Assembly (NCBI GenBank): GCA_964552045.1
Contig: CAZKFF010000003.1
Coordinates: forward strand, 11,880-75,879
Reading direction: 5' to 3'
DNA: 64,000 bases
Source: an uncultured Candidatus Saccharibacteria bacterium
Lineage (GTDB): Bacteria; Patescibacteriota; Minisyncoccia; Phycocordibacterales; UBA918
Below are positions 39,882 to 50,905 of this stretch, piece after piece. Under the pieces are notes generated by a model that was given only the letters and a program-made list of their open reading frames with translations, did not search any database and was not told where the DNA came from. A program made the position numbers and the translations under genes. Each line of letters starts with the position of its first letter. Positions within the stretch are counted from its first letter, which is position 1.

Positions 39882-40400
39882 CTACTTCTTTGATTCGTAC
39901 ATGTGCCGGCTCCGTTCGAACGCTTCCTGTGCGGAAACTGCATTGTGCCACTCCCCGACAGTCACTTCCTTTTTCTGCACTTTCTTGTACGTCTCGAAGA
40001 AGTGACTCATTTCTTTAATGAAGTGCGGATTGATATCGTCGAGATCCTTCACTGTTTCGAACCGAGGATCATCAACCGGCACGGCAACTACCTTGTCATC
40101 CCGCTCGCCGCCGTCGATCATCTCCATGATAGCCACCGGCCGTGCCTTTACGAGAATGCCTGGAGCAAGCGGATACGTGGTGAGGAGCACCACATCAAGC
40201 GCGTCGCCGTCATCAAACAGCGTCTGCGGCACGAATCCATAGTCAAACGGATAGTCCTGGGCTGTGTGCATCACACGATCAAGCGCGATAATGCCCGTTT
40301 CCTTGTCGATCTCATATTTGTTCTTAGAGAACTTGGGAATCTCGATGATAACATTCATCTCCTCTTTGCTGCCTGCAGGAATGTCGTGTAATAGGTTCAT
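39882..40400 (-). CDS. ppa: Inorganic pyrophosphatase (family I)
   Basis: IEIPK, KYEIDK, YGFVPQT, DDGDALDV, DDKVVAV. Confidence 0.97.
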   Translation of the reverse strand: MNLLHDIPAGSKEEMNVIIEIPKFSKNKYEIDKETGIIALDRVMHTAQDYPFDYGFVPQTLFDDGDALDVVLLTTYPLAPGILVKARPVAIMEMIDGGERDDKVVAVPVDDPRFETVKDLDDINPHFIKEMSHFFETYKKVQKKEVTVGEWHNAVSAQEAFERSRHMYESKK

Positions 40401-40489
40401 ATATATGTGTTAATGCGATAATGACAGAGCATATCATAGACTATGATTCTGTTAAGGCAAAAAGCGCGGCCCGTAGGGCCGCGCTTTCC

Positions 40490-41845
40490 TTATGTATTTT
40501 TTTGATCCTCCGCTTCTTCGATGGCTTCTTCAGCTTCTTCAGGAGTATCCACAGCGCTCGATTCTCCGAGGCCGAGTGCATCACGGTCGCGTGTTTCGTC
40601 GTTAAACACCTCGAGGTCAGGCTTTTCTGTGGTGCTGTCTTCGCGTTCAAGTACGTCCTGATCCTCCGTGTCTTCGGACACCGCCTCTTCAGTTCCGCCG
40701 ACCGAGACGATATCAATCTTCCAACCGGTAAGCTTTGCGGCAAGGCGGACATTCTGCCCTCCGCGGCCGATGGCAAGCGACTGCTGATCGGGTGCGACTT
40801 CCACACGCGCGTGTCCGCGTGCGTCGTCTGCGCCTTCTTTGTCGCCCGGTTCGGCCTCAATGACGACATTGAGCACCTGTGCAGGCGATAGTGCGTCTTC
40901 AATGAACGTCACCGGATCCTCAGACCACTCGATGATATCGATCTTTTCGCCGCCGAGCTCGCTCATGACCGTTGAGACGCGCACTCCGCGCTGTCCGACG
41001 AGCGATCCGACCGGATCAATATGCTCGTCATGGGCGAACACCGCGATCTTTGAACGCGCTCCCGCTTCACGAGCGACCGCTTTTATTTCTACTGCGCCGT
41101 TCTGCAGCTCGGGAGTCTCAAGCGTGAAGAGACTCCTCAGGAATTCCGGATGCGAACGCGAGAGCTTGAGGAATATCCCCCGTGGTGTTTCGTCGACGGT
41201 AATAAGCGACGCACGGATGCGTTCTCCCGGTTTGAACCGCTCGCCGGGGATCTGCTCATCATAGGGCATCACACCGGTGACGCGGCCGAGATCGACATAG
41301 AGATTGCCGCGCTCAAAGCGCTGCACATGTCCGATGACAATATCGCCCTCCTTCTGCCCGAATTCTGCAAGCGCCGATTCCTTCTCAGCTTCGCGGATCT
41401 TCTGAATGATGACCTGCTTGGCGGTCTGTGCAGCGATGCGTCCGAAATCGTCCTTGCTTTCAAGCGGGAATACGAGCTCGTCGCCGAGCTGCACGTCCTT
41501 CTTTATGAGGCGGGCGCTTTCGATCATGATGTGCTTTTCCGGATCGAACCGCACTTTCCGCTCCCCGTCAGCAACCGGGATCTCGTCCTCGGTCTCGGTG
41601 CCCTCATCTTCCTCGTCCTCTGCCTTGAGCATGGATTCATCGACGACGATCTTGATCTGGTCGAATGTCGTCGTTCCGGTTGACAGGTCAAATGCCGCAC
41701 GGACGATCTGTCCGCGCTTTCCGTACTCTTTCTTGTATGCGGTCGCAAGCGCCTGTTCGATAGCGTCCATCATCTTCTCGCGTGAGATGCCGCGCTCTTC
41801 TTCCATTTCGCTCAGAACCGAGTTGATCACTTTTAGGTCAAACAT
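40490..41845 (-). CDS. nusA: Transcription termination factor NusA
   Basis: FGRIAAQTAKQVI, AREAGARSKIAV, GEKIDII, AIGRGGQNVRLAAKLTGWKIDI. Confidence 0.98.
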   Translation of the reverse strand: MFDLKVINSVLSEMEEERGISREKMMDAIEQALATAYKKEYGKRGQIVRAAFDLSTGTTTFDQIKIVVDESMLKAEDEEDEGTETEDEIPVADGERKVRFDPEKHIMIESARLIKKDVQLGDELVFPLESKDDFGRIAAQTAKQVIIQKIREAEKESALAEFGQKEGDIVIGHVQRFERGNLYVDLGRVTGVMPYDEQIPGERFKPGERIRASLITVDETPRGIFLKLSRSHPEFLRSLFTLETPELQNGAVEIKAVAREAGARSKIAVFAHDEHIDPVGSLVGQRGVRVSTVMSELGGEKIDIIEWSEDPVTFIEDALSPAQVLNVVIEAEPGDKEGADDARGHARVEVAPDQQSLAIGRGGQNVRLAAKLTGWKIDIVSVGGTEEAVSEDTEDQDVLEREDSTTEKPDLEVFNDETRDRDALGLGESSAVDTPEEAEEAIEEAEDQKNT

Positions 41846-42089
41846 ATGTATGTGTACGGGGGTATGCCCCCTTAAATGCTAATTGCCTTAAAAGAGAGCG
41901 CGGCCCATCGGGCCGCGCTATCAGTAAGTAGCATCACTCTACCGCCCGGCTCATTTTTTGTCAAAAGAGGACAACGTGTGCATTTCTTTTTGCATATTGA
42001 TGCGGCGTAGTGGATAACAGATCAGTGAGCGGACCATGCTCGTGAGGTATACTAAGTTTAAGAAAAATTTTCTTGGAGGTCTTTTATCT

Positions 42090-43841
42090 ATGCGAATACA
42101 GGATGAGCAACTCAAGCGATTCATAACCGACTCAGGTTTGGTACCTAAAGCCGACCTCGCAACCGCAGAGAAGATCGCGAAGGAGGAGAAACGCACGCTT
42201 GCGGAGGCGCTCATAGCCGGTGGCCACATCACCGAAGACGACATGCGTAAGGTGGAGTCGTACGTGCTCGGCATTCCGTTCGTGTCGCTGAAAGGAACGA
42301 AGATCGATTTCGATATTCTCTCCATGATCCCCGAGCCGGTTGCGCGCAACCACAATATCATCGCGTACAAGAAGAACGCTGATTCGCTTGAGGTTGCGAT
42401 GCTCGATACTGCCGATCTGCCAGCGATCGACTTCATTAAGAAGAAAGTGGGCCTTAAGATCTATCCGCGCCTGACCGATACAGAATCCATGCGCGATTCG
42501 CTCCGCCAGTACCAAAAGACGCTCAAGGACGAGTTTGGCGACATCATCATGAAAGAGACCTCCGCGCTTAAGGTCATCGCACAGGAAACAGGCGAGGAAG
42601 CGTCTGAGGCGGATCTGAAGAAAATGGCCGAAGATCTGCCGGTTGTTCGCATTGTTGATACGCTTTTGCGGCACGCGATCATCCAAGGGGCGTCTGACAT
42701 CCATATCGAGCCCATGGAGAACGAGGTTCTGGTACGGTACCGCATCGACGGCATCCTCCACGACGCGATGACGCTTCCGAAACATGCTGCTTCAACGATC
42801 GTGGCGCGCCTGAAGGTGCTTTCCAATCTCAAGCTCGACCAGAAGCGACTGCCGCAGGACGGCCGCTTCAAGATGGAGATGGACGGTCAGAAGGTGTCGT
42901 TCCGCGTGTCAGTGCTCCCGATCTTCTTTGGAGAGAAGGTGGTTATGCGCCTGTTGCGCGAGAACCGCTCGGGCTTCACGCTTGAAGGCATGGGCTTCCA
43001 TGGTATGACGCTTGAGCGCCTTCATGACGCCATGAAGCAGACCACCGGCATCATCCTCGTGACGGGACCGACCGGGTCGGGCAAGACCACAACACTCTAT
43101 ACCGTGCTTGACCTTCTTAATACGCCCGAAGTGAACATATCGACCATTGAGGATCCAATCGAGTACCAGATGCCGCGCATCAACCAGACACAGGTCAAGC
43201 CGGATATCGGGTTCACATTTGCAAACGGACTGCGCTCGCTTATGCGCCAGGATCCGGACATCATCATGATCGGGGAGATCCGTGATCAGGAGACAGCGAA
43301 CCTCGCCATCAACGCGGCGCTTACCGGACACCTGGTCCTGGCTACCGTGCACACGAACTCTTCTTCAGGAACCATCGCCCGGCTCATGGACATGGGCGTA
43401 GAGTCGTTCCTCCTTGTATCCACACTCAAGGTTGCGGTCGGACAGCGTCTGGTGCGTCGTTTAACCGACAGCAAGGAGGCGTATACACTTTCGGCAAATG
43501 AAAAATCAGAACTGAGCAAGCACGCTGATCTCGACCATATCCTGAAGACCCTCAAAGAGGAGGGCGTAGTCAAAGAATCCGCAACATGGAACAATATTCC
43601 GTTCTATCACCCCAAGGCTTCGGGTGATCATGATGACGGGTACAAAGGCCGGGCCGGTATCCATGAAGTGCTGCCGATGTCCGCGACCATAAAGGAGATG
43701 GTCATGGCCAGCGCAACCGCAGACGATATTGAAGCGCAGGCCCGCAAAGAGGGTATGCTCACCATGCTTGAGGACGGCATCTATAAGGCTGCGCGGGGAT
43801 TAACGAGCATCGAGGAGGTGCTCCGCGTTATCAATGAGTAA
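42090..43841 (+). CDS. pilB: Type IV pilus/T2SS assembly ATPase (PilB/GspE)
   Basis: ASDIHIEP, PQDGRF, GPTGSGKTTT, TIEDPIE, RQDPDIIMIGEIRD, TGHLV. Confidence 0.93.
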   Translation: MRIQDEQLKRFITDSGLVPKADLATAEKIAKEEKRTLAEALIAGGHITEDDMRKVESYVLGIPFVSLKGTKIDFDILSMIPEPVARNHNIIAYKKNADSLEVAMLDTADLPAIDFIKKKVGLKIYPRLTDTESMRDSLRQYQKTLKDEFGDIIMKETSALKVIAQETGEEASEADLKKMAEDLPVVRIVDTLLRHAIIQGASDIHIEPMENEVLVRYRIDGILHDAMTLPKHAASTIVARLKVLSNLKLDQKRLPQDGRFKMEMDGQKVSFRVSVLPIFFGEKVVMRLLRENRSGFTLEGMGFHGMTLERLHDAMKQTTGIILVTGPTGSGKTTTLYTVLDLLNTPEVNISTIEDPIEYQMPRINQTQVKPDIGFTFANGLRSLMRQDPDIIMIGEIRDQETANLAINAALTGHLVLATVHTNSSSGTIARLMDMGVESFLLVSTLKVAVGQRLVRRLTDSKEAYTLSANEKSELSKHADLDHILKTLKEEGVVKESATWNNIPFYHPKASGDHDDGYKGRAGIHEVLPMSATIKEMVMASATADDIEAQARKEGMLTMLEDGIYKAARGLTSIEEVLRVINE

Positions 43842-43843
43842 TC

Positions 43844-45076
43844 ATGCCAAAGTTCACCTACACGGGAGAAACACAGACAGGAGAGAAAGTCGTCAACACC
43901 GTTGAGGCTACCGACCGCTTCGCCGTGTATGAGATAGCACGCACTGAGGGCCACACCGTCTCGTCCATCGCTGAAGGCAAGAATTTCTCAGTAAAGTTCA
44001 AGCAGCTGCTTGATGTCAACAAGATCAATTACTACCTGAGCCGGGTGAAGGAAGACGAGCTTGTGATGATGACGCGAAACCTCGGTTCAATGCTCAAAGC
44101 AGGATTGCCGCTGTCGCGGTCGCTTTCGGTCATTGAGCGGCAGAGCAAGAATCCGCGTCTCAAAGGCGTACTCATTGATATTCAGGAACGGATCAACAAG
44201 GGCGACCCCTTCAATGAAACACTCGCCGCATATCCGAAAGTGTTCGATGATCTCTATGTTGCCATGGTCCGCGCAGGGGAGGAAAGCGGCAGTCTTGCTG
44301 ATGCGTTGCACATTCTGAGCGTCCAGATGGAGCGGTCGTCGTCGCTTCGGAAGAAGATAAAGGGGGCAATGATCTATCCGACCATTGTGCTGTCGGTTAT
44401 GGTCATCATCGGTATCCTGATGATGATCTATGTCATGCCGTCGATCACCGGCACGTTCAAAAATCTCGGCGCGGACCTTCCGCCCACCACGCGTGCGCTT
44501 ATCGCTGCAAGTGACTTCATGAACGAGCATACGATCCTCGTTATCGGCAGCATGATCGCGGGCGTGGTCGGCTTCATGTATGCGCTCCGCACGCGCATTG
44601 GCCGAAGGGTCACTTCACTGGTTGTCGTCAAGTTGCCGGTCATCGGCAAGATCGCCAAAGAGGCGAACTCGGCCCGGACAGCGCGAACGCTCTCCTCGCT
44701 TCTGTCCTCGGGCGTGGATATGCTCCGGGCGATCGCCATCACGCAGGATGTGGTCCAGAACTTCTACTATAAGCGTATTCTTGCGGAGGCAGGCAAGCGG
44801 GTCGAAAAGGGTGTGGCACTGTCTGAGACGTTCATAGAGCGCAAGGACCTCTACCCGGTGTTGGTGGGCGAGATGATCGCCGTGGGCGAGGAGACGGGAC
44901 AAATATCCAATATGCTTGAAGAGCTTGCCTCCTTCTATGAAAACGAGGTCGAGCACAAGACCAAAGACCTCTCCACGATCATCGAACCGATCCTGATGGT
45001 GGTCATCGGCGGCACTGTCGGCTTCTTCGCACTTGCGATGATCGCGCCTATCTATTCGATCGCCGACAGCATATAA
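43844..45076 (+). CDS. pilC: Type IV pilus inner-membrane platform protein (PilC/GspF)
   Basis: AGEESGSL, AMIYP, VGEETGQI, IIEP. Confidence 0.93.
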   Translation: MPKFTYTGETQTGEKVVNTVEATDRFAVYEIARTEGHTVSSIAEGKNFSVKFKQLLDVNKINYYLSRVKEDELVMMTRNLGSMLKAGLPLSRSLSVIERQSKNPRLKGVLIDIQERINKGDPFNETLAAYPKVFDDLYVAMVRAGEESGSLADALHILSVQMERSSSLRKKIKGAMIYPTIVLSVMVIIGILMMIYVMPSITGTFKNLGADLPPTTRALIAASDFMNEHTILVIGSMIAGVVGFMYALRTRIGRRVTSLVVVKLPVIGKIAKEANSARTARTLSSLLSSGVDMLRAIAITQDVVQNFYYKRILAEAGKRVEKGVALSETFIERKDLYPVLVGEMIAVGEETGQISNMLEELASFYENEVEHKTKDLSTIIEPILMVVIGGTVGFFALAMIAPIYSIADSI

Positions 45077-45079
45077 TCC

Positions 45080-46837
45080 ATGCGTCAGTTTTTTAATTAC
45101 AACAAAAGCGGCATGAGCCTCATTGAGCTTTTGATCGTTATCGGTCTTGTGACGCTCGTCTTTGGCTCTCTGCTCGGTACGTTCCAGTTCATGGTCGCGC
45201 TTATAGGCTCCTCAAAGGCACAGGCAGGAGCAATTGCGCTTGCGAATGAAAAAGTGGAGTACATCCGTTCGCTTGGGTATGACGATGTTGGAACCATAGG
45301 CGGCATTCCCGAGGGAGTGATCCCGCAGTACAGCACGACAACGCTCAATGGCGTCGAATTCCACGAGCGCGTGTTCATCCAGTATATCGATGCGCCGCAG
45401 GACGGGGAGGGTGGAGATGATGAGAACGGCATCCTTGCGGACTACAAGCAGGTGAAGGTTGAATACAGCTGGGATTTCAACGGAGAGACGAAGACCATAT
45501 CGCTCATTTCCAATATCGTGCCGGAGGGGATCGAAACAACCGCCGGCGGCGGCACGCTCACGGTCAATGTGTTCGATGCCGGAGTACAGCCGGTGTCTGG
45601 CGCATCGGTGCGCGTATACAACAATACGGGCACCAGTACCATCGATGTGACCCGCAACACCAATGCCAACGGCGTCGCGATGTTCTCCGGCGCTCCGGCG
45701 CTGGCGGGCTACGAGATAACGGTGAGCAAATCCGGTTTTTCCTCCGAAGGAACCTACACTGCAAGCAGCACCAATCCTAACCCGACCACGCTCCCGGTTG
45801 CGGTGCTTGAAAGCCAGGTTTCGACAATGAACTTCCAGATAGACGAGCTGTCGGATCTTTCTGTACAGACCATCGGCGAGCCGACCACCGATACCTTTGA
45901 GGATCTGTTTGATGATGCGGTGCAGGTGGAGCACATGAACAATGTCACGGTTGCAGGAGGAGAGGCGGTCCTTGCAGGAGCTCCGGGAAGCTACAGTGCC
46001 AATGGCGAGATCGCATCGGTGGCGTTTGCTCCAGGTACCATTGATTCATGGGATACGGCGGCAGTCGCTGCGCGCACTCCTGTGAACACTTCGCTTCTGG
46101 TACATGTGTATGATGCTTCAAGCAGTACGCTGCCGGTACTTGTCTCCGATACCGATCTTCCGGGAAACAGCACGGGTTTCGCTGCAGGAGCGGTTGATCT
46201 CCGGACGCTTGACCCCGCAGCATATCCGGCGCTCTCGCTGCAGGCAGACCTTGCGACTGCGGATGCGGCGACTACGTCGGCGCTGTTGGAATGGAGTATC
46301 TCATACACTGTGTCTGCACCGGTGCTTGCGGATATCCCCTTCACGCTCACGGGAAGCAAGACCATCGGGACCAATGCCTCAGGCACGCCGATCTATAAAT
46401 ATGAGGAGTCATTTACAACCGGAGCTGCTGGCACGCAGTCCATCAGCGATCTGGAGTGGGATGTGTACGAGGTGGACATAACCGACTCAGCGTACGATGT
46501 CGCGGAAGCCTGTGAAAACATCCCGTACGCGCTTGATCCTGGAGTGGATGAGACACTTGTCCTCACGCTTGCGCCTGCTTCACCCTATTCCCTGCGTGTG
46601 CGAGTGGAGAACAGCGCAGGAGATGCGATTCCGAACGCCTCGATCACGCTTGCACGTAGCGGATTCAATGATAGCGCCGCCTCCTCTGCATGCGGAAGCG
46701 CATTCTTCAACAGCGGCGTCTCTTCTGCAAGCGACTACGCGGTTAGTATACAGGCATCGGGGTACGCCGACCAAACGATTAATAATGTCGTGATCGCAGG
46801 CAACGATGCGCTTACCATAGTAATGACAGCTCTATGA
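45080..46837 (+). CDS. Large pilin-like protein with beta-sandwich (carboxypeptidase-regulatory-like) repeats
   Basis: Prepilin motif G-MSLIELL; repeats GTLTVNV..PVSGASV..TNANG and SLRVRV..IPNASI. Confidence 0.8.
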   Translation: MRQFFNYNKSGMSLIELLIVIGLVTLVFGSLLGTFQFMVALIGSSKAQAGAIALANEKVEYIRSLGYDDVGTIGGIPEGVIPQYSTTTLNGVEFHERVFIQYIDAPQDGEGGDDENGILADYKQVKVEYSWDFNGETKTISLISNIVPEGIETTAGGGTLTVNVFDAGVQPVSGASVRVYNNTGTSTIDVTRNTNANGVAMFSGAPALAGYEITVSKSGFSSEGTYTASSTNPNPTTLPVAVLESQVSTMNFQIDELSDLSVQTIGEPTTDTFEDLFDDAVQVEHMNNVTVAGGEAVLAGAPGSYSANGEIASVAFAPGTIDSWDTAAVAARTPVNTSLLVHVYDASSSTLPVLVSDTDLPGNSTGFAAGAVDLRTLDPAAYPALSLQADLATADAATTSALLEWSISYTVSAPVLADIPFTLTGSKTIGTNASGTPIYKYEESFTTGAAGTQSISDLEWDVYEVDITDSAYDVAEACENIPYALDPGVDETLVLTLAPASPYSLRVRVENSAGDAIPNASITLARSGFNDSAASSACGSAFFNSGVSSASDYAVSIQASGYADQTINNVVIAGNDALTIVMTAL

Positions 46838-47451
46838 CCAGTCATTGCATACCTATGTCCAGCATACGCGCGTTTACGCTCACTGAAGCAGTGATGACCG
46901 TTGCCATATTTACGCTTGTTATGTTTGCAGTCTTCCAGAGCATCATCACGTTCTACCGGTACAATGCGTATTCCATGGCGCAGTCATACCAGGTTGCCCA
47001 GGCACGCCGGGGGATCGACCTTCTGGTCCGCGATGCACGCGAAATGACACTTGCAGACGACGGCACCTTTCCGCTTACGCGCATGGAGGAACATCTTGTC
47101 GGTTTTTACAGCGATATCGACCGGGACGACAGTGTTGAATACGTCGAGTATGAGCTTTCCACAACGACGCTTGAAAAGCGCATCTATGGGGCAACCGGCA
47201 CACCGCCGGTGTACAGCACAACTCCCGAGGAGACGCACATCATTTCACAGTTCGTGCAGAATATACCGCAGGGCACGAGCACATTCTTCTACTATGATAC
47301 GAACGGAAATCTGGCGACTGCAACCACGACGGTAACTGATATAGTATATATAGCTGTGCAGATCATCGTAAATATTGACCCGGTCCGCGATCCGGGGGAG
47401 TTCATGCTCAAAAGCAGCGCAGCGTTACGCAACCTGAAGGAGTCGCTATGA
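46834..47451 (+). CDS. Minor pilin (PilW/PulJ-like)
   Basis: A-FTLTEAVM prepilin motif. Confidence 0.8.
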   Translation: MTSHCIPMSSIRAFTLTEAVMTVAIFTLVMFAVFQSIITFYRYNAYSMAQSYQVAQARRGIDLLVRDAREMTLADDGTFPLTRMEEHLVGFYSDIDRDDSVEYVEYELSTTTLEKRIYGATGTPPVYSTTPEETHIISQFVQNIPQGTSTFFYYDTNGNLATATTTVTDIVYIAVQIIVNIDPVRDPGEFMLKSSAALRNLKESL

Positions 47452-48854
47452 TGCAGCATATGCACAACAAAAGAGGATATCTGCTCGTTCTGGTCATGGT
47501 ATTCGGCGCGGTCTTTTTCACTATGTCCGTTGCGTTCGTCGGCTATCTCGTGACACAGCATCGGTCGCAGGTGTTCAGCTATAACCGCGAACGTGCGCTC
47601 GAGATCGCTGAGGCAGGACTCAACTATTACAAATGGTACCTAGCGCACAACCCGAACGACGTCACCAACGGTACCGGACTGCCCGGCCCGTATGTGGGCG
47701 TGTATGAGGATCCTGAAGACGGACCCATCGGCGAGTATTCTCTTTCAATTGCTAGCTCCACAACCTGTGGAGACATGTATGCGGTTGATATCTATTCAAC
47801 CGGCCATACCTATGAAGAGCCAGACGCGGGCCGGCAGGTGTATGCGCGCTATGCCCGACCGACCGTTGCTGAGTTCGCCTATATCCTGAATGCAAATGTG
47901 TGGGCGGGAGAGGATCGCGTCATCACCGGTCCTTACCATTCCAACGGCGGCATCCGTATGGACGGGACCAATAACTCGACGGTCAGCAGCGGACAGGAAA
48001 CATGGTCGTGTGATTCCAATTTCGGGTGCAGCCCGACCTCAGAAGAGGACGGCGTATTTACGAGCACTTCGAATTCCAATCCCGATCTGTTCTCCTTCCC
48101 GACTACGCCGATCAATTTTACCGGCATAACCATCGATCTTGCGGCTATGCAGGACAAAGCGGAGAACGCCGGAGGTGACTACTACGGCCCGTCGGGAAAA
48201 CAAGGATATCAGATCATATTCAAATCTGACGGCACGTACGACCTGCGCCGCGTCAATTCAAAAGAAAACGAACCGCACGGCTATGCGTGGGGCCGGTACA
48301 TGCATATTCTCAAGGGCAGCACATTCCTGGGCAATTATCCTATTCCGGAAGAATGCCCGGTCATTTATGTCGAGGATCAGGTGTGGGTCGAAGGGGAGGT
48401 CAACGGGAAAGTGACTATCGCAGCGGCAGACGTCGATACCACCGGCGTTGATCCATCAATTATCCTCAACGATAACATCACCTATGCCAACGATGAGTCG
48501 GGACTGCTTGCTGTTGCGGAATATGACGTGCTCATACCGCTCGTGGTTCCCGATGATATGACGCTTAACGGCATTTTCATAGCGCAAAACGGACACTTTG
48601 GAAGGAACCACTACGATACGACCATGCCCAATGCGTGGGAGGAATACATCAAGCGCAATTCGCTTACGCTCAACGGCACGATCGTCTCCAACGGACGCGA
48701 AGGTACCAAATGGGTCTCAGGCGGCGGCACGTATCTTTCCGGGTTCAATTACCGTTACAATTCCTACGACCGGGACCTTGTTGCCGATCCGCCGCCGTTA
48801 ACCCCCGAGGTCTCGGACACCTTCGAATTCATCGAATGGAGAGAAGTGAACTAG
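47448..48854 (+). CDS. PilX-like minor pilin with a large C-terminal beta domain
   Basis: RG-YLLVLVM without Glu5; ALEIAEAG. Confidence 0.75.
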   Translation: MMQHMHNKRGYLLVLVMVFGAVFFTMSVAFVGYLVTQHRSQVFSYNRERALEIAEAGLNYYKWYLAHNPNDVTNGTGLPGPYVGVYEDPEDGPIGEYSLSIASSTTCGDMYAVDIYSTGHTYEEPDAGRQVYARYARPTVAEFAYILNANVWAGEDRVITGPYHSNGGIRMDGTNNSTVSSGQETWSCDSNFGCSPTSEEDGVFTSTSNSNPDLFSFPTTPINFTGITIDLAAMQDKAENAGGDYYGPSGKQGYQIIFKSDGTYDLRRVNSKENEPHGYAWGRYMHILKGSTFLGNYPIPEECPVIYVEDQVWVEGEVNGKVTIAAADVDTTGVDPSIILNDNITYANDESGLLAVAEYDVLIPLVVPDDMTLNGIFIAQNGHFGRNHYDTTMPNAWEEYIKRNSLTLNGTIVSNGREGTKWVSGGGTYLSGFNYRYNSYDRDLVADPPPLTPEVSDTFEFIEWREVN

Positions 48855-48929
48855 TGTTCACTTCTCTCCATTCCGCACAGCAGCAGCCGATCTGAGGAAG
48901 AAAGAGCGGCCAGTGGCCGCTCTTTCTTC

Positions 48930-49742
48930 ATGGTACAATCGAAAATAATGAAATCAGTACGCATCGGAAAGAAACAGACGCCCCTGGTGGTGGGCAATTG
49001 GAAGATGAACCCGGCTACACTGCAGAAAGCAGTCGACCTTGCGGCCGCTATTGCAAAAACAATCCCCAAGAAGCGGACCAAGACAGACGTTGCCCTCGCT
49101 GTGCCGTTCCCGTTCTTGTCTGCCGTGGAAAAGAAACTGACCAAAACGAGGATGCGCCTCGCTGCCCAGGATGTGAGCTTCGAAGATCAGGGGGCGCACA
49201 CTGGAGAGGTCTCACTAGCCATGCTCCGCAGTGTCGGTGTCGAACTCTGTGTAATCGGTCATTCCGAGCGGCGGGCACAGGGGGAGACCGATGAAACAGT
49301 CGCGCGAAAAACGGGACAGGCGCTCAAAAGCCGCAGCAGCGCCATTGTATGCGTCGGAGAGCGGTCACGCGACAAAGAAGGAGAGTATTTCACCGTTGTG
49401 GAGTTGCAGCTGCGGTCGGTGCTGAAAGGACTGAAACTGTCCTGGCTTTCACGCCTGGTGATTGCATATGAGCCGGTATGGGCTATCGGCACCGGGAAGC
49501 ATGCGAGTGCGGATGATGTTCAGGAAATGAAGCTTTTCATACAGAAGGTCATCGCAGACGTCCACGGACGGAGCGCAGTCGGGAAAGTGCGCATACTGTA
49601 CGGAGGGTCGGTCACCAAGGACAATGCTTCAGCATTGCTCACACAAGGACATGCAGACGGTTTCCTCGTCGGAGGCGCAAGCCTGAAGGCACCTGAATTC
49701 TGTGAGATTATACGCATAGCTGACGCATATGGCACAGCATAA
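48930..49742 (+). CDS. tpiA: Triosephosphate isomerase
   Basis: GNWKMN, GHSERR, AYEPVWAIGTG, YGGSV, LVGGASL. Confidence 0.98.
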   Translation: MVQSKIMKSVRIGKKQTPLVVGNWKMNPATLQKAVDLAAAIAKTIPKKRTKTDVALAVPFPFLSAVEKKLTKTRMRLAAQDVSFEDQGAHTGEVSLAMLRSVGVELCVIGHSERRAQGETDETVARKTGQALKSRSSAIVCVGERSRDKEGEYFTVVELQLRSVLKGLKLSWLSRLVIAYEPVWAIGTGKHASADDVQEMKLFIQKVIADVHGRSAVGKVRILYGGSVTKDNASALLTQGHADGFLVGGASLKAPEFCEIIRIADAYGTA

Positions 49743-50871
49743 TATCCCGAACATAGTAGATGTCACTGATCTCGAAGGCACATACGTGCTGGTGCGTGTT
49801 TCGCTCAATGTGCCAGTGGCGGACGGAAAAGTAACCAACAGCTTCCGTATTGAGAAGTGCCTGCCGACCATCAAACATCTCATGAGCAAAGGGGCGCGTG
49901 TGATCCTGTGCAGCCACATCGGACGGAAAGAAGATGAAAGCCTCGCTCCGGTCTACGAGGCTCTGCGGGAGTTTGTCCCGGTCAGGTTCTCTCCTGAAGT
50001 TGTGGGAGAGACAACGACCCGTATGTGCAATGAACTCCAGAATGGCGAGGTGCTGCTGCTTGAGAATGTGCGCAGCGATGCACGCGAGGTGCAGAATAGT
50101 CCGGCATTCGCCGCCGAGCTTGCCGAGCTTGCGGATATCTTCGTCAATGATGATTTTGCAGCTTCCCACCGCACTCATGCCTCGCTTCACGCCATCTGCG
50201 CCCTGCTGCCGTCATATGCCGGACTCAATTTCATCCATGAATACACTGAACTCTCGAAGGTCATGCACCCTGAATCGCCGTCGCTGTTCATACTCGGCGG
50301 CGCGAAGTTCGAGACGAAAATGCCGCTCGTAGAAAAATACCTTGATATTTACGACCACATCTTCATAGGCGGCGCGCTTTCCAATGATTTCTTCAAAGCG
50401 AAAGGATTCGAGGTCGGCACATCGCTGGTCTCAGAGATGAGCCTCCATGACAATCATCTCTTAAGCCATCCGAAGATACTGCTGCCGGTTGATGTCACTG
50501 CAGTAAAAAATGAGGTACCGCGTGTCACGCAGCCGAATATGGTCGGGAAAGACGAGTCAATCCTCGACGTCGGTCCGAAGACCATTGAAATGCTCACCAC
50601 ATATGTAAGGCAGGCGCGGACGGTTCTCTGGAACGGCCCAATGGGCAACTATGAGAACGGTTTCCAGCGCGAAACGCTCGCGTGCGCGAAGCTTGTGGCA
50701 GAAGCGGAGGCATATACCGTGGTCGGCGGAGGCGATACGGTCGCCGCCATTGAATCCCTGCACGTTGCGGATCGCTACAGTTTTCTCTCGACAGCAGGCG
50801 GCGCGATGCTCATGTTCCTCGAAGAGGGAACGCTTCCGGCACTTGATGCACTCTGTGCCGCAAAAAAATAA
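49729..50871 (+). CDS. pgk: Phosphoglycerate kinase
   Basis: LNVP, SHIGR, LLENVR, LGGAK, WNGPMG, GGGDT, STAGGA. Confidence 0.97.
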   Translation: MAQHNIPNIVDVTDLEGTYVLVRVSLNVPVADGKVTNSFRIEKCLPTIKHLMSKGARVILCSHIGRKEDESLAPVYEALREFVPVRFSPEVVGETTTRMCNELQNGEVLLLENVRSDAREVQNSPAFAAELAELADIFVNDDFAASHRTHASLHAICALLPSYAGLNFIHEYTELSKVMHPESPSLFILGGAKFETKMPLVEKYLDIYDHIFIGGALSNDFFKAKGFEVGTSLVSEMSLHDNHLLSHPKILLPVDVTAVKNEVPRVTQPNMVGKDESILDVGPKTIEMLTTYVRQARTVLWNGPMGNYENGFQRETLACAKLVAEAEAYTVVGGGDTVAAIESLHVADRYSFLSTAGGAMLMFLEEGTLPALDALCAAKK

Positions 50872-50905
50872 AACAAAAGATCGGGCGAATGCCCGATCTT
50901 TTGTT

